A program made the position numbers and the translations under genes. 64,000 bases of DNA from positions 4,402,001 to 4,466,000 of the forward strand of contig OZ076414.1 in assembly GCA_964187785.1 (NCBI GenBank), read 5' to 3'. Below the pieces are notes generated by a model. The model was given only the letters and a program-made list of their open reading frames with translations, was not told the DNA's origin and did no database searches. The DNA is from Amphiscolops sp. MND2022. Taxonomy: Eukaryota. Of this stretch, positions 1 to 11,104 are shown piece after piece. Each line of letters opens with the position of its first letter. The first letter of the stretch is position 1.

Positions 1-131
1 ATGGAACAATTAAATTCTGAAGCCAGATTAATCAGGTCTTCAGTGATCTATCAGGACCTTTCACGAACCTCTGTGCATTATGAAACAAGACGCCCGCTAA
101 GCACCGGGATATTTTCCTCCCTTTTCGCCTT

Positions 132-453
132 CATCACTTGAGCCATAGCTATTTTGGGAGGGGAATAGGATCTAAATAATAAGATCTGAAATTTAGTGAT
201 TTTAGATCTTATTCCCTTTAGATCTTATTCCCGTCCTGAAATTTTAGATCTTATTCCCTTTGGATCCTAATCCCATTTTTACTTTAGATATTATTCCCAT
301 CAGATTTTCTACTCGTTCTCAAATTTTAGATCTTGTTCCCTTTGGATCTTATTCCCTTTGTTGTTGACTTTAGATCTTATTCCTCCCTCCTACTAAAATA
401 GTCAAGTAACAAAATAGTCAAGTGACTATAGTTACTTGACTCACCAAGTGATG
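132..453. mobile_element. Foldback/MITE-like element with internal tandem TTTAGATCTTATTCCC repeats
   Basis: CATCACTTG (132-140) is the reverse complement of CAAGTGATG (445-453). GGGAATAGGATCTAAA near 161-176 is an inverted copy of the ~8 direct TT(T/A)GATCTTATTCCC units at ~200-385. No TSD resolved. Confidence 0.5.
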
Positions 454-1082
454 GAGCGTGGAGATTTGGCAGAATTTGGAAAAAACCGCAACACAGATGA
501 TGATTTTCCTCCCCATTGAAAATGTGGGTCGGAAAATAAAAATACTTGAAATCACTGACATTGGAACTAAATCATCAGGTGTAGACCAAAATCGTGGATG
601 AAAAATTCTTCAAGAATTCCACATGAAGCCCGATTTATTACAACTTTGCTACCATTTTGCTGTCTCTACAAGAACATGTGAGTAAAGGAGTGAGATAGTT
701 TGAAAATTTTGTTTCAATTGTTCAAGTGAATATTAATGACAAGACAAATAATTTTAAACCCACACCAAAAACTCACAATTCTGACGTTCACAATAACGAT
801 GGTCTATTTGTATGATTTCCCTTTATATTTTCCAAATAACGGATTTATATAAACAAAGCATTATTATTTGACAATCAAGTAGGATTTGTTGTTTTAATGA
901 CCCTAAATAAACATTCTAACATTCTAATCATACCTTTACTTCAACCAATCAAGTTTCAGAGCATTTAGAGCGTTCAACGCGTTTTAGGACCATTTTTGAA
1001 GAAAATTTGTTGAGCTGCTGTGAGCTGTGAGTTATCATCATAGAATTACTGGGGAAGACAGAAATACACTGCCAGAGAAGCA

Positions 1083-1217
1083 TTACAAATCAAAACATCC
1101 TTTGTGGTAGTAGCAAGTGTTGTAGCAATTCTGTACGTTCGCCACCTCACAAAATCTTTCACAATATGCAAAGCAATCCCATTGCGCTTGGCTTCTTCGC
1201 TTCTCAAGCTGGATAGG
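1083..1217 (-). CDS. Last coding exon of a putative secreted cysteine-rich peptide precursor
   Basis: Acceptor TTTTTCAATTTTTCCAG ends at 1218. Phase-0 reading gives PIQLEKRR-SQAQWDCFAYCERFCEVANVQNCYNTCYYHKGCFDL*, a KRR site followed by six Cys. Candidate ATTAAA at 898-893. Confidence 0.75.
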   Translation of the reverse strand, partial: PIQLEKRRSQAQWDCFAYCERFCEVANVQNCYNTCYYHKGCFDL

Positions 1218-1973
1218 CTGGAAAAATTGAAAAATAGTTAGGTACAGTTAATTACAACTAACACTTTGCGAAGTGTCATGAACGTGCAACACTTTCAGAG
1301 AGAATTGCGAACAATCGAAACTGTTCTACGGTATGTTCGGAATCAGTACCAAGTTGGAACCACAGCATTACTGCATGGTACCTCATGTAACTTAGCTGAG
1401 GCGACGAAAACAAAGAAAGGGAATCATACTAGTTGATCAATAGACGGTTTGCATTTTGTGTTTTTTTTCCTTGAATGGCACACAGTCAAGTGTTACTAAC
1501 AATTGTATTCTTTGGTGGCAGGACTAAATAACCAAAGTCAAAATAGCCAAGGTCAAAATAGCCAATGCCATAATATCCAATATGCCAAAATAGCCAATGC
1601 CAAAATAGCCAATGCCAAAATAGCCATTGCCAAAATAGCCAATACCAAAACAGCCAAAGTGACACTATAACCAACAAGAACAAAGCAGCCCAAACTAAAG
1701 CAGACTAATTACAGTTAAATCTCTAAGTAATGCCAGGCTTGATTAACGTAATTGCTATAATGACATTCTGAACGAACAATTTTATTGAAATACTACAAAC
1801 AAAAGTGTTTCAACGTATTAAACATCAATTTTGAATAGAAACCATGATTAATAGCAAAAAGGTGAGAATGGGGAAGCTAAGATCGAAATTCAAGATTGTT
1901 TCATTCATCATCGAATCATTTCAATAGCAAAGTAGTCTTATAAGTTGATTTCGATCTCAATATCATATAAGCA

Positions 1974-3406
1974 ATGGAACCAGAACTTACTTGGGGAACC
2001 ACCCAGAAAGGTCAAAAGTTGATTATTTTCAATGGCAACGAGTTCACAAAAAAACTCGCTACAAAAACAACAACACACTGGAGATGTTCAAAATGGCGCT
2101 CACATTCCTGCAAAGCAACAATTGTCACTTGTGCAGATCGTATGCTTTCAAGTAAAAACGATCACAGCCACGATATTGTACCTGGCAAACCCGAAGCACG
2201 GCAAATTGTTGAGAGAATGAAATTTACCGCTAGAAATGAGCAAGATCCTGTTATTTCTGCAGTAATAGCAACACAAGTAGCAACGGTTGATGAGGTTTCT
2301 GTTCAATTGTCCATGCCATCGCGGTCAGCATTGAATAGGGCTCTGAACAGACAGAAGCAGAAGAACAATGAAAGCAGTAAGATTGCCATAACTTGCACAG
2401 AGAGGAACTTTGCCTTACCTGACGAGTACAAGGACTTCTGCCTGTTCGATTCCGGCATGGATGACAAGGAAAGAATTCTCATTTTTGGCGATGCAACAAT
2501 GGTTGCAGCATTGTCCACGTACAAAAGCCTCTGGTTATGTGACGGGACATTCAAAATTTGTCCTCTGCAGTTCTACCAACTTTACCCAGTGCATATTCAA
2601 TTGGGGGGCTTCTATCCACCGTGTGTTTACGCTTTGCTCAGCAATAAAAAGGAAACGACTTACCAACGGTTTATCGCAGCACTTAAAATGCTGACGGGTG
2701 ACTGTGAGCCCTCCCGTATCTTAATCGATTTTGAGAAAGCTGCTCTAAACGCTTTCACCCAAATGTATCCTTCGTCAAAAACAAGTGGATGCTATTTCCA
2801 TCTCTGTCAAAGTTTCAACAGAAAAATTGGTGAGCTGGGACTCAAAACAGTGTACGAAAACTACCCAGATTTCGCTTTGAGTCTAAAAATGATTCCTGCG
2901 TTAGCCTTCGTTCCCCCTGAGGACGTGGAGCCGTGCTTTAACTTGGTAATAGAAGAACTTGGCAAGTCATTGGACCAGCTCAACTTAGAAGACACAGTAG
3001 CGGAACAAACTGATGACTTGGCAGGGTATTTCCAGAGAACATACATAAAAGGCGAAAAATTAGGTCGGACAGAGAAGAAGCCGACGTTTTCTGTAGAGAT
3101 TTGGAATCAAAACCGGGAGTCATCAGACGGTTTGGTAAGAACTACAAATGCAGTTGAAGGCTGGCATTTAGGAGTGACTGCTCTTTTCCACGGAAGCCAT
3201 CCTCCAGTTCCGACATTTTTGGCCAAAATCAAATTAGACAGTTTCAACCAGAAGTTCAACTTCTTGAAGGCAGCTACGGGCACAGTGAATAAAGGCCGCA
3301 AAAATACCGCGAAATAGACGAGAAAATTTTTCGTCTAGTTAATGATTACAACCCTGATGCTCCACTGAACTTTTTGATGGCTATCGCTCATTTAACCCAT
3401 TCATGA
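1974..3406 (+). CDS. FLYWCH + MULE transposase; C-terminus frameshifted near 3302
   Basis: FLYWCH-like TQKGQKLIIFNGNEF...HWRCSK...CKA...HSH. MULE motifs WLCDGTFK, CVYALL, ILIDFEKA, GCYFHLCQ and RTTNAVEGWH. The ORF stops at 3317, but another frame continues KYREIDEKIFRLVNDY...FLMAIAHLTHS* to 3406. Confidence 0.92.
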
Positions 3407-3644
3407 TCCAATTTGTTGTGTAATTACTAACTATTTAAAATTAGTATATATTAGAAAAACAAAAACCTGCGTTTTCTCCCGAAATAAGAGGAATTGAGAG
3501 CTCAAAATTTGGCACGTGAATCAGGGCGATATTAGGGTTTTTTCGTTTCCCCTCCCGCCCTTTCCCGATTTCCCCAACCCCCGGAAATAGGGAATTTTGG
3601 GAAATCGGGAACTTCCGTTCATCTTTTTTTTTCATAAAATGGCA

Positions 3645-3705
3645 AAGACTAGGCTCGAACTCGGATAGTTTACTTCAGAAGCAGTTCTTTGACCACTAGG
3701 CCAAA
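3645..3705 (-). pseudogene. tRNA-derived (Gln-CTG-like) segment, possible SINE head, inside the MULE
   Basis: Minus strand shows A-box TGGCCTAGTGG (3703-3693), a TTCTGAA loop, and ATCCGAGTTCGAGCC with a B-box (3660-3652). No acceptor-stem pairing. Confidence 0.45.
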
Positions 3706-4556
3706 TTAATAATGTGTTCAACGATTGTTCACAGTATTCTATCAACGGTTGTTTCATATTGTTTCCATGCACGAAAACCGAAACGCGTAATAGATTTTTG
3801 AATTTTCTTCCCTTTCAATATTTGTCAACAAGTCAATAAAAATGCTCTGAATTTATGAAGCTTCTACTGTCAATCAAAAATTTTGACAGGTCTTTACTGC
3901 TGTTTGTGCCTTTTCTTTTCAAGTGCATTCAATGTGACTGAAAACGCACCAGTTCAATCAATCAAATTGTTTTAGGTCAATGCATTGATCTGCTGTGAAA
4001 AATTTTCTCACGCATTTATGTGCGATCCCAAAGTTGCGTCATCAATTGTTTCATTTGTTCAAACTAATTAGTTCAAGACGCTTTTCATCTACTCTAGCGT
4101 TGGTTATTATGTCACATTGGCTATTATGTCACGTTGGCTATTTTGGCATTGGCTATTTTGTCACGTTGGATATTTTGGCATTGGCTATTATGGCATTGGT
4201 TATTATGACTTGGGATATTCTGACATGTAACCGTATTCTTTGTATTCCTTCAAACTGGGTGAAAATACTACAGGAATGGTAAATGGTTCCGACGTACAAA
4301 AAGAAAAGGTGAAAAAAACCTTGTTTATGAAATTAGTTAAACAAACATTTTCTTGAATTAAAGCTTTGTGAATTGTACTTTGTATTCAATGATCATTTAC
4401 AATAGTGGTAAAACCAAAACTCCAGTATGGTTCGAAAAAGATGACGAAACAACTTGCGTTGGAAAATTTATTGAAATCTCGTCAATTGAGAATGATCCTC
4501 ACAACTGAATTTGCTAAATTTCTTTGAAAAAAAAACAATCAATAGTTGTTGCGTAC

Positions 4557-4643
4557 CTTGTGTCGCGGGTTCACTTCAGCAACAGCAGCGTAGTTGAAGA
4601 GCAGCATCGAAAGAAAGCAGAAGGTAAGAAGGTTGGTGGACAT
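4557..4643 (-). CDS. First coding exon (signal peptide) of the same peptide precursor
   Basis: Acceptor TTTGTTTTCAG ends at 4660. ATG in TTCAAG-ATG context encodes MSTNLLTFCFLSMLLFNYAAVAEVNPRHK, a hydrophobic core ending in AVA. Donor AAG|GTACGC at 4556 is phase 0 and joins in frame to the 1217 exon. Confidence 0.75.
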
Positions 4644-6366
4644 CTTGAATTTAATCACTCTGAAAACAAATCATCAGATTCAGCATTTGCTCACAGTCCC
4701 AAAATATCTTTCGTGTTTCTGTGCCTGATCAGACAGTGAGACCATCCGGAGTAAACTACCGCAAAGTCATTGGAAATCACCTACTAGACTCAGGGGAAAA
4801 ATCATCATGATCAATCCCCAAACAAGCAAAAAACTATTGCCGAAATGGAAAAAGTTCCCGAAAAATTTGGTTCATGGAAACCCTTCTGGCTTTGAGCAAA
4901 AATGCAAACGTTTCAGAGTTGTTTTGCTTAGATAAATCAAACGCAGCAGTTTTCGATTCTTTAGCAATTTTTCTAAAGCGAGAGTCTCTTGTTTGCGCAA
5001 AAACTGCAGGTAAAATAGCACATCAGTCATTACACAAAGCAACTGAAGTTTGAATTACCTTTTTACTGGAGTTTCGCAATTGAACTTTTGTTTGAAAAGA
5101 AAGCATACATTTGATCTGGGACGTACGGTGTTTTTTTACCACGGCGACAGTGTTGACAATAATTTCTGGCGTTGAACAAGTGCAGGATCGAGTCTGAGGA
5201 TAACAAGTGCGAGCGACTTTCAAGACTTGAACACTCAGGAGAATAGCGTGTTTTTTTTATTCTAGTGCACTCTAAAACTTCTGTCACTCGAAATGTTTCT
5301 GCTCATATCAAGTTGCAAATTAAGATTCGTGTCTTTAAATCATTGCCGGTACTTTCATGTAACAAACTGACAATACATATTGAAAATCAGAAAAAAAGTC
5401 CAATTCAAGGTTTTCAGTGAACAATTTTCGGTGGTCAAAAACAGAAATTTAAGAACTTACTTGATATAGGAAGAAAAATAGAGCGACTATTCCCAATCGT
5501 TTTCGAGCGCAAATTAAGTGCCTCTTTTAATTTTCTTAAAGGAAGATTTTCTTTGACTTTTATTTTGATAGCACATTTTATCTGAGGACCATTTCAAGCT
5601 GTTAAGTTTGATGACCTTTCAAGTATTATGCGCAAGCTGTTGAATTTTCGTATGATAATAATTCTTCCGAGTAAATGAAGTCTCCTGATATATCAGATGA
5701 AGAATTAAAACTTCGAATACATCAAATGTTCAGAGTGTACTTTTTACTCTTGCAAGTTGTAAATATAGTTTGGTATGTTTTTGAAGTTTCAGAAATGGTG
5801 GCAGAAGTGCTTTTTTGGTGTAGCATGACGAACTAACGATGCACTCATGCGGTTTTTAACAACTTTTTACGAATTCTCAAAGTACTCCACAATTGTTTTC
5901 TAAAAAGTACTTTTATTTACTTCTAAGCATTTTTTCTACCAGCCGTTTTTGTTGCCTTTGCTTGGTTTCTTGAACTTTTTGCTGCCTTGCTTCTTCAAGT
6001 TGCCTTTTTTAACCCGGAAAATTGAAAAAAAAATTGTATAGCTTGAAATCTAGCATAAGGTGCTTATACCATCTGGAACAGCTAAGCCGTTGGTATTGTT
6101 CTGGACTAGCTACACTGAAAGCATCAGGCACAATGCCTGGAAACCATTGGGGTTATTGTTCAATCGTAGACGTAACTCAGGCGAGCTGCTAGGTATGTGA
6201 TGGTAAAAAGACCGCGCAATATTCCGTCAAAACCAACTATTAGGAGTCTTCAAATTGAAAGTGAACGGAGTAAAATTCGTTTCACTAAGGAGAAAGCGAA
6301 GGTTCAAAAAAGCGTTCCCATTTGTAAAAGCACGCTAAATACGAACTTTGATGTTATACTCGAAGC

Positions 6367-6890
6367 NNNNNNNNNNNNNNNNNNNNNNNNNNNNNNNNNN
6401 NNNNNNNNNNNNNNNNNNNNNNNNNNNNNNNNNNNNNNNNNNNNNNNNNNNNNNNNNNNNNNNNNNNNNNNNNNNNNNNNNNNNNNNNNNNNNNNNNNNN
6501 NNNNNNNNNNNNNNNNNNNNNNNNNNNNNNNNNNNNNNNNNNNNNNNNNNNNNNNNNNNNNNNNNNNNNNNNNNNNNNNNNNNNNNNNNNNNNNNNNNNN
6601 NNNNNNNNNNNNNNNNNNNNNNNNNNNNNNNNNNNNNNNNNNNNNNNNNNNNNNNNNNNNNNNNNNNNNNNNNNNNNNNNNNNNNNNNNNNNNNNNNNNN
6701 NNNNNNNNNNNNNNNNNNNNNNNNNNNNNNNNNNNNNNNNNNNNNNNNNNNNNNNNNNNNNNNNNNNNNNNNNNNNNNNNNNNNNNNNNNNNNNNNNNNN
6801 NNNNNNNNNNNNNNNNNNNNNNNNNNNNNNNNNNNNNNNNNNNNNNNNNNNNNNNNNNNNNNNNNNNNNNNNNNNNNNNNNNNNNNNNNN
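6367..6890. other. Assembly gap (N run)
   Basis: Continuous Ns. Confidence 1.
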
Positions 6891-7957
6891 TTTATTCGAA
6901 GTGGTGATTTAGTTATCAAAAGTTATTAGGTTTCATCGTTTTATCTCATTCAAATAGTTTGTTTTATTAAAAAGGGAGAGGTTGTTCAAGACTTAGTGCG
7001 TTTTTGGCACTAGGCGATTTTTTTCCAAAATTTCCATCAACCGAAGTGCCGGACTTTGTTTTTAGCAGGAACAAAGCGTTTTGGAAGCATAGAAGGCCAA
7101 TTTAGGTTTCTCCGACACAATAGAGGACTAATTGAAGATTTTTTTGAAAAAAAAATTACGAATGATTGTTTTGTAGCGTATGGTTTTCGAGGTTTTCTCT
7201 GAAAAGCCCTTTTCCTTTCCTCTCGGTTCCGATGGCGATTTCATCGATTGTTTCTTTGATGCTGTGGAACATTTGAGATGTTTTGCAATAACTGTGGAAA
7301 AGTCCTTTGGTATTTTTCGGCACTGTGCAACTTTTCCTTAAACAAATCCGTTTACTAAAAGTGTTTCCTCTCCACTTTGATGATTGCTTTTGGCGCTATG
7401 AGACTTTTTCCGAAGAGAAAAATAAAAAAAAGAGGTTTTCGTTGTTTCCAGTTGGTGAAAAAGTAGTTTTCGATTCTCATCCGTATTACTTCGGGTAGAT
7501 GTCTTCACTGCCAGCCAAATTGAATAAAATTTCAACAATAGTTTCTTCCTCATATTTAAAAAACATTGTCTCTTTAGTCTTACTGATACCAAGAGAAACT
7601 CTTGGTGGCAAGAAGTTGCTACCAGAGTATTTAGGTGTAAACCAATCCACCAAAATTATCCCAAAAATTATTGGAGGGTGCAATCAGTGTGCCAAGTTTT
7701 GTACCCACATCTAAAAACGCTTTTGCGACCGTTAAAAAACTTCGTGGGGAATTTTAGGTGAGGAGGGGAACTCGACTCCTCCGGATTAATTTTGCGGAGC
7801 CCAAATCACCCTCTTGCAACCACTACGGTACTGTATTCCACGCACGAAATGCCAAATAGTTTCCAGGGTACCTACAGTGCTCGCGGTTGTATATCCCTCC
7901 CAGCCTGAGGGAGTATCCCAAATGAATACAGACTTTGATGACGTCCGTTAAAAAACT

Positions 7958-8200
7958 TGTTTTTGGTTGGGAAGACTTATTGGATTTTAGATAGATTATT
8001 TTGAAGGGACAGTACTTTAAGGAAGACTCTAACAGAGCTGCAGTAATAGGACTTAAGGGAAGACAACTTGATGGTGAAGAGTAATTTTCGTTGTGTTGAG
8101 ATATAAATCAGACAAGAGATTTACCGCAACGATAACGGTATTGAATACAAATTAGGTATAGCTTGATTGAAATTCAGAGTACATAATTCAAGTCTAGACA
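7958..8200 (-). repeat. LTR (probable 3' LTR) of the old minus-strand Gypsy family
   Basis: 243-bp TGT...ACA segment, a direct repeat of 48597-48833 (roughly 85% identical by eye, with indels). Confidence 0.75.
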
Positions 8201-10006
8201 TGAAAGGAGGGTGAATGATCTATTGTAGATTATAGGTATTGATCATCCGACCGGGTTTTGAAACAAATAATATCTCCAACAAGTTGGGTTATCAGAGATG
8301 GGTCGGTCAAGCATGTGAATGTATATTCGAGGTTTGTTTTAATCGGTTGAGGTGGTTTGAGAATTTTTCAATTATTTATCCTTGGATTTGTATATGTTTA
8401 ATATTTTCATCAAGTTGTAGTACATCAAATTGTATTATTCTTTCCTTACGTGAGGTTCGGGCGAAAATGAAATTTTTAATGTGAGTCCAGTTGAAAGGAA
8501 CGGAATTAGGTTTTCTTTTTCAAATTTAGTTGGAGTGAGGTTTTTAAAAGGTATAGGGATTGGAATAATTATAGTTTGACATATCTTTTTCAAGTTTTGG
8601 CATATCAGTTTTTGGGAGTTTTATTCACTTTTTAGCTATGTATCTTCCGTGGACGCTTTGAAAGTTTGTCAAGTGGAGACAATGATTGACAAGTGAAGGC
8701 GAGGCGAGAAACAGCGACGAGTGGCGTGGAATGAGCAGAATGTGAAAAGGGACGTCCTTGCTGACAAACATTAAGTTCTTGAAAGACTAGGATTCTTAGT
8801 TTTCATGTCAACTTTCATGCATTTATCTTATGCGTCTTTTTTGTGAAAACCAAAAATAATTTAATTTGAGATGCTTCTATATCAAGAAGGCGGCCTGGAC
8901 AAAGTCAAACAGTGCAAAAAAAGGAATTCTTTGTCAATATGTGTTCTTATTTTGATCATGTGAGACGGGTAAAAGAGTAGAAAAAATGCATTTGGAAGTG
9001 ACCATTGAAATTCTCATTTGGTTAAAAATCGAACGTAGAGGTGAGTAACGTTCAATATGTGAACTAGTAGAAGTGAAATGGAAGTTAAAACGCGGTTAAG
9101 ACCGAAGTTATGGAGGTGTAAAGTTAAAATCTTTTAGAGAATTGGGTAAAAAATGGAGTTTCGTTTAAAAAATATATAAAAAGGAGGTGAATATTAAAAA
9201 AAGAATACCAGCACCACATTTGTAGTTGAATTAGGTTGCAAAGAGCAAGCTAATATAAAAAAGCCAGACATGCATTGCGTAAAATTGAAATTGGAGGGGT
9301 ACAAAGTTGAAAACAGGTATGCCAAAAAACCAATATTTTACCACTTTTGTAAATAAAATAAAAAATTACTACTGTCACAGCCGCCACAGGGCCGTGAAAT
9401 AATAAGATCAGTGAGAACGCCAGAGGAAAGAAATGGAGAAATTAACCAAGAAGAAGCTAATAAAGCATCACAAACCTGAAAGAAAACAATCAACAAACAA
9501 ACACTCATTGATATTGAACAACCCTGTAAGTGCATAATATTAATATCATCAACTCTCTGCAGTACCTGAAATACATAAATATGTAAATAATTAAATAATA
9601 ATAACTTGTTGTAAATGTGATTTGTTTGCAGTAGCTTGACCAATACGCTGATTGAAGTTATTCCAACCAGCGCACTGACCAGCCTACCGTCCCAATATCT
9701 GCGTAACAAAACACACTAATTCTCACTGTCCTTTTAATTAACCAATCAGCGCTAAGCGCGAATGTGCAGTATTAACTCAGTTACTCTACTCGTCAAGCCA
9801 CCAGTCAACAAAGGCTGGGACGCACGCCTGGCAGCTCGATCGAATTAATCAAAGTGCTAATATATTAAGTGACGTCACGCGTGAAGTGAATACAAATCCA
9901 AAGCTTAGAAGAAGCTTAAATTATGCAGTATTCAATAATGAAGATAGAAAACGTAATATTTATAGTATGAAAAGGTGTGTTTGAAGATTTGTCGATCCTG
10001 ATAATT

Positions 10007-10230
10007 GGGACGACCGCCGGGACGACCGTTTTAAATTTATAATCTGGGACGACCGCCGGGACGACCAACTTAAGTTGAATGAAGCAGTAAAGTATCGAGT
10101 ACCACCAGATAGTAAATCACCGCACTAATATATGTAAATGTACTATCCTAATATTGTATGGAACGTCACAAATTGTCCAAATCTAGTGAAATGATGATTA
10201 ATCATAATTTGAACCGGGACGACCACCTGG
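10007..10230 (+). promoter_or_regulatory. GGGACGACC repeat cluster in U3 (enhancer-like)
   Basis: Four GGGACGACC copies at 10007-10066 arranged as two GGGACGACCGCCGGGACGACC doublets, and a fifth near 10215, in otherwise AT-rich DNA. Mirrored in the 3' LTR. Confidence 0.5.
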
Positions 10231-10870
10231 GCAACAATTTAAATAATTAATGATGTACCAAGTTCGAATGAGTTATTAATAACGTTATGATGGTTATTAA
10301 TTGTTTAAAATACCATGTTTGTTAATGGAATGAAGTTTATTCCCCCGCAACCGCCTAATCAAGTGATATTAACCCCCCTTTTTCATCTGTTAACCTATGC
10401 ATTCACCCCGGTCACCCGACTTTATATATGTGTTGTGTCTACCGGCCAGGCGCACGTTTTGTGTCTAATTTGTCAAGATGCGTCAATCCTAACCATCGAT
10501 ACCTCAAAAGTTGTAATTATCATCTCTAACTCTGTTGATTCAATAATTTGTGCAGTTGCCTTATACTTAATTGTCCATTTTCTCTTAAAGAAAATTTCGT
10601 TTCCTTTTCCCGCTTCAGTAGCTAGGTTCATGAATTTCAGTGCCAACTTCACCTTCGGCGTCTTGAAAAGGCGGGGAATGAAGAAGAAAGGGACGCGGAA
10701 TTGGGAAGCGGCAGGAAGTGATTTCCCACTTTTCTTTAAAGTGGGTTGAAACCGAATGCCGAGTCCCGAGGAAGAATACCTTATTTGGATTTCCCCGCTT
10801 CGGAAAGGACGCCGAGGTGAACAAGGTGTGAATTCACGCGCGGGGTTTTCCCCGCGTGTCTAGCGTAAAG

Positions 10871-10906
10871 TATAAATACCTGAAGCGGGATTAGGAAAAG
10901 TTAGTT
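10871..10906 (+). promoter_or_regulatory. LTR core promoter: TATA box and initiator-like element
   Basis: TATAAATA at 10871-10878 and TTAGTT 30 nt downstream at 10901-10906. Confidence 0.6.
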
Positions 10907-11104
10907 GACAATTTGATTTTTCCAAGTGCGTTTGATTAATCATTCTCCGGAAATTTTGCTTTTGTAATAATCGTGTTAATTACTTTTGCTTAGTATAATT
11001 CCTTTGTTTCGAAAAACTTTGACAAATTACTGAACTGAAGTCTCCATTACGTTTGTAACGACTCAAGTTTAATTGGATTATTGTCTCTCCACTATTTTTG
11101 CAAG

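Larger units (their letters stand above)
1514..4232 (+). mobile_element. Mutator-like (MULE) DNA transposon, both ends present
   Basis: 9-bp TSD GTATTCTTT at 1505-1513 and 4233-4241. Termini are GGT...ACC. Inverted subterminal arrays of ~15-bp CAAAATAGCCAATGC repeats at ~1530-1670 and ~4090-4225. Internal MULE transposase. Confidence 0.93.

Noticed and set aside
1486-1683. WLFW-repeat ORF (and the similar 3995-4282 ORF)
   Set aside because: Translation artefacts of the MULE 15-bp subterminal repeats.
5020-6100. Short coding-looking pieces (FDLGRTVFFYHGDSVDNNFW; QLEEARQQKVQETKQRQQKRL)
   Set aside because: Interrupted by stops, no consistent splice model and no recognisable family.
6197-6929. 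Three long ORFs in the track
   Set aside because: They run across the N gap and are not real.
7745-7830. Weak tRNA-like sequence on the minus strand
   Set aside because: Only a partial A-box and a non-canonical B-box; no cloverleaf.
10315-10749. 144-aa hydrophobic ORF in both LTRs (also the minus ORF 9338-9709)
   Set aside because: Duplicated only because the LTRs are identical; upstream of the TATA box, AT-rich, no motifs or independent support.
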